Notes: generated from the letters alone by a model not told the origin. 64,000 nt of DNA from an uncultured Planctomycetia bacterium (GCA_964606485.1 CAZSGP010000001.1:289085-353084); one strand, 5' to 3'. Counted from the stretch's first letter, positions 26,282 through 36,736 are shown. Made by a program: numbers and translations.

Positions 26282-28008
26282 CGCATTCCGACCACGGTTC
26301 GCACGGACACGATTTGCCATTTTGGAAAAAATATATTTTCTCGACCGATCATAAAGTGATCGGTATTCAGTACGGCATTACAGCTCTTGTGTTTTTATTA
26401 TTCGGATTTTGTTTGATGCTTCTTATGCGTTGGCAGTTGGCGTACCCGGGTCAACCGCTTCCTTTTATAGGGGGCTGGTTTCCCGATACCGCTATGATTG
26501 GCGGAATCATGCTGCCTGAGTTTTACAATCAGCTTGGAGCCATGCATGGCACGATTATGATTTTCTTAGGGGTTGTTCCGCTCGCCGTCGGCGCGTTTGG
26601 GAATTTTGTCATGCCGCTTCAAATCGGAGCGCCTGATATGGCGTTTCCTAAGCTTAATATGATGAGTTACTGGCTTTATTTTATCGGCGGCGTCATTATG
26701 CTTGCTAGTTTTTTTGTGCCACAGGGCGCGGCTCAGTCGGGATGGACGTCGTATCCGCCGCTGTCGGACATTGCGCCACTCGGTCAGACGTTCTGGCTGA
26801 TTGGAATGGCGTTTTTAATCAACTCGTCGCTACTCGGGTCGGTTAATTTTATTGTCACCATCGTTCATTTACGGGCTGACGGAATGTCCTTTTTTAGACT
26901 TCCATTTTTTGTGTGGGCACAGTTTGTTACATCCTTTTTACTTTTGTTGGCGTTTCCTCCGCTCATGGCGGCCGCAACACTTCAGCTCATGGACCGTTTG
27001 GCGGGCTCCAGTTTCTTCTTGCCGTCGGGTCTTGTGGTGAATGGGGCGGCTCTTGGCAATGCCGGCGGCGGAAGCCCGGTTCTCTGGCAGCATTTGTTTT
27101 GGTTTTTGGCGCATCCAGAAGTGTATGTTTTGATTTTGCCGGCAATTGGAATTATCGCCGAAGTCATCGCCGCCAATACTCGCAAGCCGCTGTACGGCTA
27201 CAAGACGCTTGTTTATTCGGTGATCTTTTTAGGATTTATGTCGTTTATTGTTTGGGCGCATCACATGTATCTCACCAACATGGGCGACAAGATGAATACC
27301 TTTTTTCAGATCACGACAATGATTATTTCCATTCCGTCGGTGGTGATTTTGACGACGCTCGTTTTGACGCTTTGGGGTGGGTCCATTCGATTTAACACTC
27401 CGATGCTTTTTGCGCTCGCTTTTCTACCCATGTTTGCAATTGGGGGGCTCACGGGTTTACCGCTTGGACTTTCCGCGCCGGATATTCATTTGCACGACAC
27501 CTATTACGTGATCGGTCATTTCCATTACGTGGTCGCACCCGGAACCCTTTTTGCGCTCTTTGCGGGGATTTATTATTGGTTTCCCAAAGCCACGGGACGC
27601 AAAATGTCCGAGTTTTTGGGCAAACTTCATTTTTGGGGCTCATTTATTTTTATCAACGGTGTTTTTATGCCAATGTTTATCATGGGTTTAGCCGGGGTTT
27701 CGCGCCGCTTGTACGACCCGATGCAATACGCACACGCTCAAGTGGTTCAGCCGCTCAATGTGGTGATGTCGATTTCGGCTTGGCTTTTGGGACTCGCGCA
27801 AATCCCATTTATTCTAAATTTTTTCTGGAGTATTTTTGCAGGAAAGAAAGTCGACAAAAATCCATGGCAGGCGACGACGCTTGAGTGGAGTGCTGTGTCA
27901 CCGCCTCCGCATGGCAACTTCGACCATCCGCCCGTGGTTTACCGCGGTGCGTACGATTACAGCCTGAAAGGGCAGAAGGCGGACTTTGTTCCGCAGGACG
28001 TAAAATGA
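26278..28008 (+). CDS. ctaD: Cytochrome c oxidase subunit I
   Basis: 12-helix heme-copper oxidase with VWAHHMY and other His ligands. ATGA overlap with the coxB stop. Confidence 0.95.
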   Translation: MTHSDHGSHGHDLPFWKKYIFSTDHKVIGIQYGITALVFLLFGFCLMLLMRWQLAYPGQPLPFIGGWFPDTAMIGGIMLPEFYNQLGAMHGTIMIFLGVVPLAVGAFGNFVMPLQIGAPDMAFPKLNMMSYWLYFIGGVIMLASFFVPQGAAQSGWTSYPPLSDIAPLGQTFWLIGMAFLINSSLLGSVNFIVTIVHLRADGMSFFRLPFFVWAQFVTSFLLLLAFPPLMAAATLQLMDRLAGSSFFLPSGLVVNGAALGNAGGGSPVLWQHLFWFLAHPEVYVLILPAIGIIAEVIAANTRKPLYGYKTLVYSVIFLGFMSFIVWAHHMYLTNMGDKMNTFFQITTMIISIPSVVILTTLVLTLWGGSIRFNTPMLFALAFLPMFAIGGLTGLPLGLSAPDIHLHDTYYVIGHFHYVVAPGTLFALFAGIYYWFPKATGRKMSEFLGKLHFWGSFIFINGVFMPMFIMGLAGVSRRLYDPMQYAHAQVVQPLNVVMSISAWLLGLAQIPFILNFFWSIFAGKKVDKNPWQATTLEWSAVSPPPHGNFDHPPVVYRGAYDYSLKGQKADFVPQDVK

Positions 28009-28601
28009 GCGAAATGATCCGTTTTATTTCAAAACCCCACCCGGTGACCGGTATCACCAACTCCAAGCTTGGTGTGTGGTGCTTTTTAGCCTCGGAAGTG
28101 ATGTTGTTCGGCGGTCTTTTTTCGGCGTATATTTTTCTGCGCACCGCTTCAACGAGTTGGCCGCATGGCTGGGAGCATTTGAATGTGCCACTTGCGACGC
28201 TAAACACCATGGTTCTCATCACCTCGAGCGTCACAATGGTGATGGCGTGGGCGAGTCTTAAGATGAATCAATTTTCGAAATTTAAGCTCCACATGACGCT
28301 GACTATTTTATTGTCGTTTGTATTTTTAATCATAAAATATTTCGAATACGCCCACAAATTTGAGCACCATCATTTCCCGAGCACTGATAATTTTTACGCA
28401 ATCTACTTCACGATGACTGGGCTTCACGGTTTGCACATCATCGGCGGAATCATCGTCAATGCGTATCTGTTGCTTCCGGGTTCTAAGATGTGGAAGGCGA
28501 GCCCTGAGCAGTTTACCGGACGCGTGGAAGCGGCCGGTCTTTACTGGCATTTTGTGGATTTGGTCTGGATTTTTCTTTTTCCGTCACTTTATTTACTGTA
28601 G
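28005..28601 (+). CDS. ctaE: Cytochrome c oxidase subunit III
   Basis: Polytopic subunit-III-like sequence. ATGA overlap with the subunit I stop. Confidence 0.8.
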   Translation: MSEMIRFISKPHPVTGITNSKLGVWCFLASEVMLFGGLFSAYIFLRTASTSWPHGWEHLNVPLATLNTMVLITSSVTMVMAWASLKMNQFSKFKLHMTLTILLSFVFLIIKYFEYAHKFEHHHFPSTDNFYAIYFTMTGLHGLHIIGGIIVNAYLLLPGSKMWKASPEQFTGRVEAAGLYWHFVDLVWIFLFPSLYLL

Positions 28602-28610
28602 GGGATTCGC

Positions 28611-28895
28611 ATGGACGCGGGACACGACGACATTAAAAAGCACGTGAAGGTGTACATCAGCGTATTTGTTGCGCTGGCTTTTCTCACCGTGGTCACGGTG
28701 GCCGTTTCGTACTTGCATCTTCCGATTCACATGGCCGTCATCGTGGCCCTAATCATCGCCACCATCAAAGGAACGCTGGTGGCAGGCTACTTCATGCACC
28801 TTTTCTCAGAAAAACAAATTATCACCTCAATCTTAGCTTTGACGGTCGCTTTTTTTGTCGTCTTATTGCTCCTGCCTGTTTTTTCGCATCACTAA
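28611..28895 (+). CDS. Cytochrome c oxidase subunit IV (prokaryotic CtaF-like)
   Basis: 94-aa protein with 2-3 transmembrane helices (HVKVYISVFVALAFLTV) immediately after subunit III. Confidence 0.55.
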   Translation: MDAGHDDIKKHVKVYISVFVALAFLTVVTVAVSYLHLPIHMAVIVALIIATIKGTLVAGYFMHLFSEKQIITSILALTVAFFVVLLLLPVFSHH

Positions 28896-28915
28896 TCTGG
28901 TAGAATAGTTCCACC

Positions 28916-29119
28916 ATGTCGCTCAAATACATCCACTTATTCTTTATTATGGCCGCAGTCTCCATCAGTCTTTATTTTGGCGCATGGGCCGTCCACCGGT
29001 ATTTTGTGACGAAAGACGTCTGGATGTTTGTTTGGGGTGTCATGTCGCTCGTTGTGGCACAGGTGCTTGTGCCTTACGGGGTTTGGTTTTGGAAGAAATC
29101 CAAAAAAGAGGGCTTATAA
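28916..29119 (+). CDS. Small two-helix membrane protein
   Basis: 67 aa. Two hydrophobic helices. Sits within the cox operon. Confidence 0.35.
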   Translation: MSLKYIHLFFIMAAVSISLYFGAWAVHRYFVTKDVWMFVWGVMSLVVAQVLVPYGVWFWKKSKKEGL

Positions 29120-29295
29120 TGAATTTGAGCTCTATTTTTATGGCGTGCTCGGTGTGCACGGGTGATCCCCAGTCTCCGATTTCAAAGGCTCTAATTGCAG
29201 CTGTGGTGCTGATGATTCTCGTTGTGGGCGGAGTGCTCGGTGGAATAGCCGGAACCGCTGTTGTTTGGGCGCGCCGCGCCAAAAATATTTCGTGA
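29119..29295 (+). CDS. Small Cys-rich single-pass membrane protein
   Basis: 58 aa with a CSVCTGD motif then one transmembrane helix. TAATG overlap with the previous ORF. Confidence 0.3.
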   Translation: MNLSSIFMACSVCTGDPQSPISKALIAAVVLMILVVGGVLGGIAGTAVVWARRAKNIS

Positions 29296-29651
29296 ACGTC
29301 GCGGTGATCGGCGCGTCGAACGATCCCGAAAAATACTCCTACAAAGCCGTTAAACTTCTCCAAGAAAAAGGGCATACCGTTTTTCCAGTTCACCCGACGC
29401 TGAAAGATATCGAAGGAACTCCTGTCTACTCTTCGGTGAAGTTGGTTCCTCAAAAAATGGACACGGTCACGGTTTACTTGAATCCTAAAGTGTCCTCTTC
29501 GATTTCTGATGAGATCATCGCAATCGCTCCCCGGAGAATTATTTTTAATCCGGGTGCCGAAAACCCAGAGTTTGAGCAAAAAGCCAAATCAAGGGGTATT
29601 GAGACGCTTGAGGCGTGTACGCTCGTATTGCTTAAAACCCGCCAATTCTAG
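29292..29651 (+). CDS. CoA-binding domain protein (YccU-like)
   Basis: VNVAVIGASNDPEKYSYKAV Rossmann-type CoA-binding motif. GTGA start overlap. Confidence 0.75.
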   Translation: MNVAVIGASNDPEKYSYKAVKLLQEKGHTVFPVHPTLKDIEGTPVYSSVKLVPQKMDTVTVYLNPKVSSSISDEIIAIAPRRIIFNPGAENPEFEQKAKSRGIETLEACTLVLLKTRQF

Positions 29652-29700
29652 GCTTTATTGCAGTTTTAATTTCGCTGTGTTAGATTACGCCTTACCCCTT

Positions 29701-30396
29701 ATGGTTAAAGATATTGTGAACATCCAAGATCGCGTCAAAATAGTTCGTGAAAAAATTGCAGCCGCAGCGCTCAAAACTGGGCGCAAGGCCGACGATGTGG
29801 CGCTTGTTGCCGTGACAAAGATGAGCACTGTTGCTCAAATTTTAGAGGCGAGGAGCGCTGGGATCACGCTTTTTGCTGAAAACCGCGTGCAAGACGCTCA
29901 GGAAAAAGTGCCGCAGGTGCAGGGCGAGGGGACTAGTTGGCAAATGATTGGCCATTTGCAAACCAATAAAGTAAAGACAGCTCTCTCTCTTTTTAGTTTA
30001 ATTCAATCGGTGGACACGGTGCGCCTTGCTGAAACGATCAGCAAGGCGAGTGTCGAAGAAAATCGAGTGACGCCCATACTACTTGAGGTGAACATTGCGG
30101 AACAGACTCAGAAATATGGCTTTAAATCCGAAGACCTTTACAGTGCAATTGATGAAATTGCGCAGTTTCCGGGTGTCACGGTGCAGGGGCTGATGGGAAT
30201 CGCGCCTCACCCGGCTGACGAAGCGGCCAAGCGCAAAGCGTTTAAAAATTTAAAAGGAATGTTCGGCGTCTGCAAATCTCTCAAGCATGCGAATGTTTCG
30301 ATGAAAATTTTATCGATGGGGATGAGCGATGATTATGAGATAGCTATCGAAGAAGGCTCAAACATGGTGCGTCTCGGGAGAGCGATTTTTTCATGA
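29701..30396 (+). CDS. yggS: YggS-family PLP homeostasis protein
   Basis: VAVTKMSTV (PLP lysine)...HLQTNK. Alanine-racemase N-terminal fold. Upstream of proC and yggT as in many bacteria. Confidence 0.9.
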   Translation: MVKDIVNIQDRVKIVREKIAAAALKTGRKADDVALVAVTKMSTVAQILEARSAGITLFAENRVQDAQEKVPQVQGEGTSWQMIGHLQTNKVKTALSLFSLIQSVDTVRLAETISKASVEENRVTPILLEVNIAEQTQKYGFKSEDLYSAIDEIAQFPGVTVQGLMGIAPHPADEAAKRKAFKNLKGMFGVCKSLKHANVSMKILSMGMSDDYEIAIEEGSNMVRLGRAIFS

Positions 30397-31235
30397 GTAA
30401 AAATGCGGTTTTGTCCGGTCTTAAGATCGGGGTGATTGGTTCGGGTAATATGGGCACGGCTTTGATTCGCGGCCTTGTCGAGAAATCGGTTTACCCGCAA
30501 AACATTTCGGTTTATGACGTGGATTTGAAGAAGCTCAATCTTCTCAAAAAAGAAGTGCACGTAAAAATTGCCAAATCAAACCGTCTCTGCGTGTCGCTCG
30601 CCGATGTTTTGATTCTTGCGGTAAAGCCTCAGACCCTCCAACAGGTTTGCGAGGAGGTGGCAACCTCTCTGAATGATGGGGCGCTCGTCATTTCCATTGC
30701 TGCCGGCGTGCCGATTCAAAAAATTGAATCCTTTTTAGCGAAGGCCGGTAAGAAAAATGCGGCGATTATCCGCGTCATGCCGAATATGCCAGCCCTTGTC
30801 GGAGCGGGGATGTCGGCATTTAGTTTGGGGCGTCACGCCACTGGGAAGCACAAGAAAATAGCAGAAAATATTCTAAGCGCGTTTGGAGAAATTGCGCAGG
30901 TCCCCGAAAAAACATTGGATCTTGTGACGGCCATTAGCGGATCGGGCCCAGCTTACTTTTTTCTCTTGGCCGAAAAGTTAATCGAGGCCGCTTACGAGCA
31001 GGGTATGAAAGTAGATATTGCCAAGAAACTTGTTTATCAAACGGCCTTCGGAAGCGGTAAAATCATGGCTGACGGCCAGGAAGACCCGGAAGTGCTGATT
31101 GAGCGCGTCGCTTCTAAAAAGGGGACCACTGAGGCCGCACTTCTGACGTTTAAGCGAATGGGTTTTGGAAAAATAGTGCAGGACGCAGTCAAATCGGCTC
31201 ATAAAAGAGCCAAAGAAATTAGTCAGGGGCAATAA
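30393..31235 (+). CDS. proC: Pyrroline-5-carboxylate reductase
   Basis: IGVIGSGNMGTALIRGL NADP-binding motif. Full-length ProC. Confidence 0.95.
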   Translation: MSKNAVLSGLKIGVIGSGNMGTALIRGLVEKSVYPQNISVYDVDLKKLNLLKKEVHVKIAKSNRLCVSLADVLILAVKPQTLQQVCEEVATSLNDGALVISIAAGVPIQKIESFLAKAGKKNAAIIRVMPNMPALVGAGMSAFSLGRHATGKHKKIAENILSAFGEIAQVPEKTLDLVTAISGSGPAYFFLLAEKLIEAAYEQGMKVDIAKKLVYQTAFGSGKIMADGQEDPEVLIERVASKKGTTEAALLTFKRMGFGKIVQDAVKSAHKRAKEISQGQ

Positions 31236-31534
31236 TGTTTGTCGCAGGAAATTTATTACAAGCGGTTGCTGGGGTGCTCGACATGGCCATCACCTTTTTC
31301 TGGTGGCTTGTGATCATTCGTGCGCTCTTAAGCTGGGTGAACCCGGACCCTTACAACATGATTGTTCAGTTTATCGAGCGTGTCACCGAGCCTTTGCTTT
31401 ACCCATTCAGGAAGCTGCTCCCGGTTTATAAATTTGGAATCGATTTATCGCCGTTACTCGCCATTTTATTTCTTTATTTCCTGAGAATTTTTGTGGTGCG
31501 CTCGATTTTTGATTTAGCGGCTAGGCTCTCTTAA
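31235..31534 (+). CDS. yggT: YggT-family membrane protein
   Basis: ITFFWWLVIIRALLSWVNPDPYN signature. Confidence 0.75.
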   Translation: MFVAGNLLQAVAGVLDMAITFFWWLVIIRALLSWVNPDPYNMIVQFIERVTEPLLYPFRKLLPVYKFGIDLSPLLAILFLYFLRIFVVRSIFDLAARLS

Positions 31535-31542
31535 GACCAGCC

Positions 31543-34326
31543 ATGGAATACAAACAAACACTCAATTTGCCCGTCAGCGATTTTCCCATGAAGGCCGATC
31601 TGCCTGCGAGAGAACCGAAGGTTTTGGAGCGCTGGGAAAAAGAGGGGCTCTACCAAAAAATCCGCAGTGCGGCCTTGGGGCGCAAAAAATACATCCTGCA
31701 CGACGGCCCGCCTTACGCCAATGGCGACATTCACATCGGACATGCGCTGAATAAAATTTTAAAAGATATGATTGTAAAGTTCAAAACCATGAAAGGTTTT
31801 GATTCGCCATATATCCCCGGATGGGATTGTCACGGTCTGCCGGTGGAACACCAACTTTTCAAAGAGCTTAAGATCACGAAACACCAGATTGATGCGCCGA
31901 CTTTTCGTAAAAAAGCCCACGACTACGCGATGGGATTTGTCGAAAAGCAAAAAAATCAGTTTAAACGTTTAGGAATTTTGGCGCAGTGGGAGAAGCCGTA
32001 TCTGACGTTGAACCCGGAGTTCGAAGCCGCCAGCATCGACGCATTTGCCACACTTGTCGAAAAGGGAATGATCTACCAAAGCTTAAAGCCGGTGCATTGG
32101 TGCGTGTCTTGCGAAACTGCACTCGCCGAAGCGGAACTCGAGTACAACGAAAACCACATCTCGCCCTCAATTTATATTCTCTTTCCAGTAGAGGCTTCCG
32201 AATTTTTAAAGTTGGGGATTTCAATTCCGGCGGGGCAGAAAGTTTCGTTCTCAGTCTGGACGACAACACCGTGGACGCTTCTTGCGAACGTTGCCGTAGC
32301 TCTCAACCCCGAATTTCAATACGTTTTTGTGCAAACTAAAAATCATGGCATCGTGATAGCGGTGGAAGAGTTAGTGGATGGAGTGATGAAGAGCGCGGGA
32401 TACGAAAATCCATCCGACACTCAGATTCTCTTTAAGAAAACCGGAAAAGAGCTCGATGGAATTATGGCAGAGCACCCTTTTATTAAGCGCCCTTCACGCG
32501 TGGTGCTGGCAGACTACGTGTCGCGCACCGACGGAACCGGTTGCGTGCACACCGCTCCCGGTCACGGCGTGGATGACTACCGCACCGGTGTTAAAAATAA
32601 ATTAGAAACACTGATGCCCGTGAATGAAAAGGGCGTCTTCAAAGAAGAGGCTGGTGATTTTAAAGGACAATTTATTTTTAAAGCCAACCCCAAAATTATT
32701 GAAGTGCTGGAGCAAAATGGAAATCTGCTTCAAGCCGGACAAATTAAGCATTCGTACCCGACTTGCTGGCGCTGCAAGACGCCGGTGATCACGCGTGCGA
32801 CGCGCCAATGGTTTATGAGCGTTGATAAATTTGAGTTGCGGCACAAGTTGCTTGAAACCATCCGTAAGGTAAAGTGGGTTCCCGAGGTCGGTCAAAATCG
32901 CATTTCAGGAATGGTGGAGCAACGGCCAGACTGGTGCTTGTCGCGCCAACGTTACTGGGGAATTCCGGTGCCCGCATTTTATTGTCAGGCATGTCACGAG
33001 GCGGTGGTAGACGCAGCGCTCATTCGCCACGTGCGCGACGTGTTTAAAAAACACGGCTCGGACGCGTGGTTTACGATGTCGACGCTTGAGCTCACCGGCG
33101 GAAAATTTACATGCCCCAAATGTTCGCGCAAAGATTTGAAAAAAGGTGAAGATATTTTAGATGTGTGGTTTGAGTCGGGCACGAGCCACGTTTCGGTTTT
33201 AATTGAAAACGAAGCTCAAAAATTCCCGGCCGATCTGTATTTGGAAGGAAGCGATCAGCACCGCGGCTGGTTCCAGAGTTCGCTGCTCGTGTCTGTTGGG
33301 ATGTCCGGTAGGGCTCCTTACGAAACGGTGCTGACACACGGCTTTATCGTCGACGGGGAAGGGAAGAAAATGTCCAAGTCCGTGGGCAATGTCATTTCCC
33401 CTCAAGACGTGATGAAAGAATTTGGCGCGGACATTTTGCGGCTTTGGGTTGCGTCGAGTGACACATCAGATGACATTCGTATTTCTAAAGAATCCATCGC
33501 GCGTCTGGCTGATGGTTACCGCAAGATTCGCAATACCTTTAAGTACTTGCTTGGCAATATTCACGGTTTTAACCCCGAAAAAGATGCGTTAAAGCCAAAC
33601 GAGCTACTCGAGGTAGATGCTTGGGCGTTGTCTCGTTTTGAGGCGCTCAAAGAAGAGGTGAATTCCTCATTCGAGAGCTTTGCTTTCCACCGGGCGTATC
33701 ACGCCGTGTATAACTTTTGCGTCAAAGACCTATCTTCGTTCTACCTGGACGTGTTAAAGGACCGGCTTTACACCGATTCCCGGCATTCGATTTCGGGGCG
33801 TTCGAGCCGCACTGTATTGCACGAAATTTTAACTGGTCTTGCGAAGATTCTAGCTCCCGTTTTAAGCTTCACCTCAGAAGAGGTGTGGCAGTTTCTGGGG
33901 AAGACCGAGAGTATACATTTGGAAGCTTGGCCTAAGCCTCAGACTGGAAATCGTCGGATAGATCTAGAACAAAAATACGAGAAATTTCTAGGAATTCGCG
34001 ACCAGGTTTTGAAGGCATTGGAAGAAAAACGCGAGAAAAAAGAGATTGGTAATTCGCTAGAGGCTGAGGTAGAATTAGCTGTTTCAAAAGCCGATAATTT
34101 TGATTTTTTGAAAAGTTTTAAGGAAAATTTACCGTCTCTCTTTTTAGTTTCAGGCGTTGAGCTTGCTCATCGCGCCGGACTCACCGAAGCAGAATTTACG
34201 GTCACGGTTCGGTCGGCTAGCGGTCAGAAATGCGAACGTTGCTGGAATTGGCGAAAAGATGTGGGCAGTGTGAAGGCTCATCCAACCATTTGTCGTCGTT
34301 GTGCGGAAGCAGTAGAAGGAGTTTAG
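31543..34326 (+). CDS. ileS: Isoleucine--tRNA ligase
   Basis: HIGHAL and KMSKS motifs. 927 aa. C-terminal Zn cysteines. Confidence 0.97.
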   Translation: MEYKQTLNLPVSDFPMKADLPAREPKVLERWEKEGLYQKIRSAALGRKKYILHDGPPYANGDIHIGHALNKILKDMIVKFKTMKGFDSPYIPGWDCHGLPVEHQLFKELKITKHQIDAPTFRKKAHDYAMGFVEKQKNQFKRLGILAQWEKPYLTLNPEFEAASIDAFATLVEKGMIYQSLKPVHWCVSCETALAEAELEYNENHISPSIYILFPVEASEFLKLGISIPAGQKVSFSVWTTTPWTLLANVAVALNPEFQYVFVQTKNHGIVIAVEELVDGVMKSAGYENPSDTQILFKKTGKELDGIMAEHPFIKRPSRVVLADYVSRTDGTGCVHTAPGHGVDDYRTGVKNKLETLMPVNEKGVFKEEAGDFKGQFIFKANPKIIEVLEQNGNLLQAGQIKHSYPTCWRCKTPVITRATRQWFMSVDKFELRHKLLETIRKVKWVPEVGQNRISGMVEQRPDWCLSRQRYWGIPVPAFYCQACHEAVVDAALIRHVRDVFKKHGSDAWFTMSTLELTGGKFTCPKCSRKDLKKGEDILDVWFESGTSHVSVLIENEAQKFPADLYLEGSDQHRGWFQSSLLVSVGMSGRAPYETVLTHGFIVDGEGKKMSKSVGNVISPQDVMKEFGADILRLWVASSDTSDDIRISKESIARLADGYRKIRNTFKYLLGNIHGFNPEKDALKPNELLEVDAWALSRFEALKEEVNSSFESFAFHRAYHAVYNFCVKDLSSFYLDVLKDRLYTDSRHSISGRSSRTVLHEILTGLAKILAPVLSFTSEEVWQFLGKTESIHLEAWPKPQTGNRRIDLEQKYEKFLGIRDQVLKALEEKREKKEIGNSLEAEVELAVSKADNFDFLKSFKENLPSLFLVSGVELAHRAGLTEAEFTVTVRSASGQKCERCWNWRKDVGSVKAHPTICRRCAEAVEGV

Positions 34327-34328
34327 CT

Positions 34329-34703
34329 GTGGAAAAAAAAGACCTGCAGATGTTCAAAGAACTACTCACGAAGAAAAAAGAGCAGCTAGCCAAGGGAATT
34401 GAGCATATCACCGAAGACACTTTAAAAACGTCCCAGCGCGATGCCGCGGGCGATCTTTCGGCTTACAGTCTTCATATGGCGGATGTGGCCACAGACAATT
34501 ACGACCGCGAATTTTCGCTAGGTCTTGCCGGCAACGAACAGAAAATTTTAAACCGCATTGATACCGCCCTCGATAAAATCGAGGACAAAACGTTTGGTCT
34601 CTGCGAGTCCTGCAATAAGAAAATTTCAAAAGTAAGACTCAAAGCCGTTCCTTACGCAGAATTGTGCGTTCCCTGCCAGGAAAAACAAGAGAAGAAGCGA
34701 TAA
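34329..34703 (+). CDS. DksA/TraR-family C4 zinc-finger regulator
   Basis: CESCNKKI...CVPCQ C4 motif. Coiled-coil N-terminal region. The start is uncertain: GTG at 34329 or ATG near 34350. Confidence 0.7.
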   Translation: MEKKDLQMFKELLTKKKEQLAKGIEHITEDTLKTSQRDAAGDLSAYSLHMADVATDNYDREFSLGLAGNEQKILNRIDTALDKIEDKTFGLCESCNKKISKVRLKAVPYAELCVPCQEKQEKKR

Positions 34704-35158
34704 AAAAGTCGCTTTTTATTTTCTGCGCGGCTGGAATATTTCTGGCTGATCGAATCTCCAAGCTTGTCGTGATTCATTTTTTTTCAGTTGGAGAAAGCTT
34801 CCCGCTTTTACCCGGTTTTTTTCATCTGACGCGCGTGAGCAATGCTGGCGCGGCTTTTGGAATTCTAAAACATCAAATTCTTTTTTTGAACGCCGTTTCG
34901 CTTATTTTTATCGGGGCGTTTATAGTATTTTTTTTACAGCCATACGATTGCTCAAAGCGGATCTTATTTTGGGCGTGGTCGCTTGTGTTCGCGGGTGCGC
35001 TTGGAAATTTGGTGGACCGGCTCCAGTTTGGTTATGTGATTGATTTCTTGGATTTTAGAATTTGGCCGGTGTTTAATTTGGCCGATAGTAGTATTTGTAT
35101 TGGAGTGGGGCTCATGATGCTACAAATGTTCCGGAAGCCATCTAGCGATGCATCCTGA
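34664..35158 (+). CDS. lspA: Lipoprotein signal peptidase II
   Basis: Four transmembrane helices. VIDFLDF and FNLADS motifs. Confidence 0.9.
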   Translation: MRSLPGKTREEAIKKSLFIFCAAGIFLADRISKLVVIHFFSVGESFPLLPGFFHLTRVSNAGAAFGILKHQILFLNAVSLIFIGAFIVFFLQPYDCSKRILFWAWSLVFAGALGNLVDRLQFGYVIDFLDFRIWPVFNLADSSICIGVGLMMLQMFRKPSSDAS

Positions 35159-35837
35159 ACTGTGCCGGATAGGCCCACTCACGGTTTATACTTATGGTTT
35201 CTTTTCGGCGCTGGCCATGCTGCTCGTTTACGCGGTGAGTTTATCCCGGGCAGAGGCTAAGGGTTTTTCGAAGGATTTTATTTCTGATTTTATTTTTTGG
35301 GTTTTTGTAGCTGGTATTGCTGGGGCGCGCCTTGAGTATGTTTTGCAGAATGGGGCCGAATTCCAAAGCCATCCTTTGACCGCCTTATGGATTTGGCAGG
35401 GGGGATTGGTTTGGTATGGCGGAATGATCGCCGCCACTCTGACAGGGTGGGGTCTAGCTCATTTTCGCAGACAAAAAATAGCGAAACTCGCCGATTTTTT
35501 AGCGCCGGTTTTAGCGCTCGCGCACGGGGTTGGACGGATTGGATGTTTTTTTAACGGCTGTTGCGGCGGAAAAATTCTTTTTGGGTTTCAGCAGCCGGTT
35601 CAGCTTTATGAAAGTGTGGGTTTATTTCTTTTGGCGGGAATTTTATTTTGGATGTCAAAGCGTCCGCTAAAAGCGGGAAGTGTTTTTGTGAGTTATCTAG
35701 CTTGCTACGGTCTTCTTCGGTTTTTGCTCGAGTTTTGGAGACAGGGGCAAACGATTTTAGCTGGCCTCACCGTTCCACAGTGGATTAGCGTTGGACTCAT
35801 TGTTTTGTCAGGAGTTTTATGGAAAAAATTAAAATAA
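35148..35837 (+). CDS. lgt: Prolipoprotein diacylglyceryl transferase
   Basis: GRIGCFFNGCCGG signature. Polytopic. Confidence 0.9.
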   Translation: MHPELCRIGPLTVYTYGFFSALAMLLVYAVSLSRAEAKGFSKDFISDFIFWVFVAGIAGARLEYVLQNGAEFQSHPLTALWIWQGGLVWYGGMIAATLTGWGLAHFRRQKIAKLADFLAPVLALAHGVGRIGCFFNGCCGGKILFGFQQPVQLYESVGLFLLAGILFWMSKRPLKAGSVFVSYLACYGLLRFLLEFWRQGQTILAGLTVPQWISVGLIVLSGVLWKKLK

Positions 35838-36736
35838 CCGTTCCCGAAGTTCTTATTTCTAAACGGCTTGATCTTTATTTAACTGAACGTCTGGACGGCC
35901 GTTTCTCGCGCGAAGAAATTAAGGCAGCGATTGAAGCTAAAAAAGTGCTCGTAAACTCAAAGCCCGCCAAACCAAGTCTAAGACCCGTGCAGGGCGACGT
36001 GGTGGAAGCAGAGCTTGAAGAAAAGAAGCCGTTTACGCTGGAGGCTGAGAAAATTGCGCTGAATATTATTTTTGAAGACGCCTCGATTATCGCCATTGAT
36101 AAGCCGGTCGGACTCGTGGTGCATCCGGGTGCGGGGAATTCGAGCGGAACGCTTGTGAACGCGCTGCTGGGTCAGGCGAAGCATTTGTCGGATGTTGGCG
36201 GGTCGGAGCGGCCAGGCATTGTGCACAGACTTGATAAAGATACGTCTGGAATTTTACTGGTCGCCAAAACAAATATCGCTCACCGCAAACTTCAGGCGCA
36301 ATTTGCCGCGCGCTCGCTCACCAAAATTTACACCGCGCTCGTAAAAGGGAGCGTGGAGTTTGAAGAAGGTCATTTAGACGGCGCCATCGGTCGTGATCCG
36401 AAAGTCCGTGAAAAAATGGCGGTTCGTCATCCGGATGACAAAGCGGGTCGACAAGCTCAGTCGCGTTACCGGGTGATCGAGCGTTACCGCTATAGCACGC
36501 TTTTAGAAGTGCAGATCATGACGGGTCGTACGCATCAAATCCGCGTTCACATGCAACACCTGGGTCATCCGGTGGTGGGGGACGTGTTGTACGGAACGCC
36601 GTCCGGAAGCCGGCTTATGCTGCACGCCTCGAAAATTATTTTCACGCACCCTAGAACTGGTAAAATGGTGCAACTCGAAAGTCCTTTACCCAAAGAATTC
36701 AAGAAGGTGCTTGAACTTGAAAAAAGTAGAAGTTAA
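35819..36736 (+). CDS. rluD: RluA-family 23S rRNA pseudouridine synthase (RluD-like)
   Basis: S4 domain followed by HRLDKDTSG catalytic motif. Confidence 0.9.
   Translation: MEKIKITVPEVLISKRLDLYLTERLDGRFSREEIKAAIEAKKVLVNSKPAKPSLRPVQGDVVEAELEEKKPFTLEAEKIALNIIFEDASIIAIDKPVGLVVHPGAGNSSGTLVNALLGQAKHLSDVGGSERPGIVHRLDKDTSGILLVAKTNIAHRKLQAQFAARSLTKIYTALVKGSVEFEEGHLDGAIGRDPKVREKMAVRHPDDKAGRQAQSRYRVIERYRYSTLLEVQIMTGRTHQIRVHMQHLGHPVVGDVLYGTPSGSRLMLHASKIIFTHPRTGKMVQLESPLPKEFKKVLELEKSRS

Noticed and set aside
26913-27395. 160-aa plus-strand ORF rich in Arg/Gly/Cys
   Set aside because: Alternative frame inside ctaD. ctaD has unambiguous heme-copper oxidase motifs.
29040-29579. 179-aa minus-strand ORF
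   Set aside because: Antisense to the CoA-binding gene and the small cox-associated ORFs. No motif.
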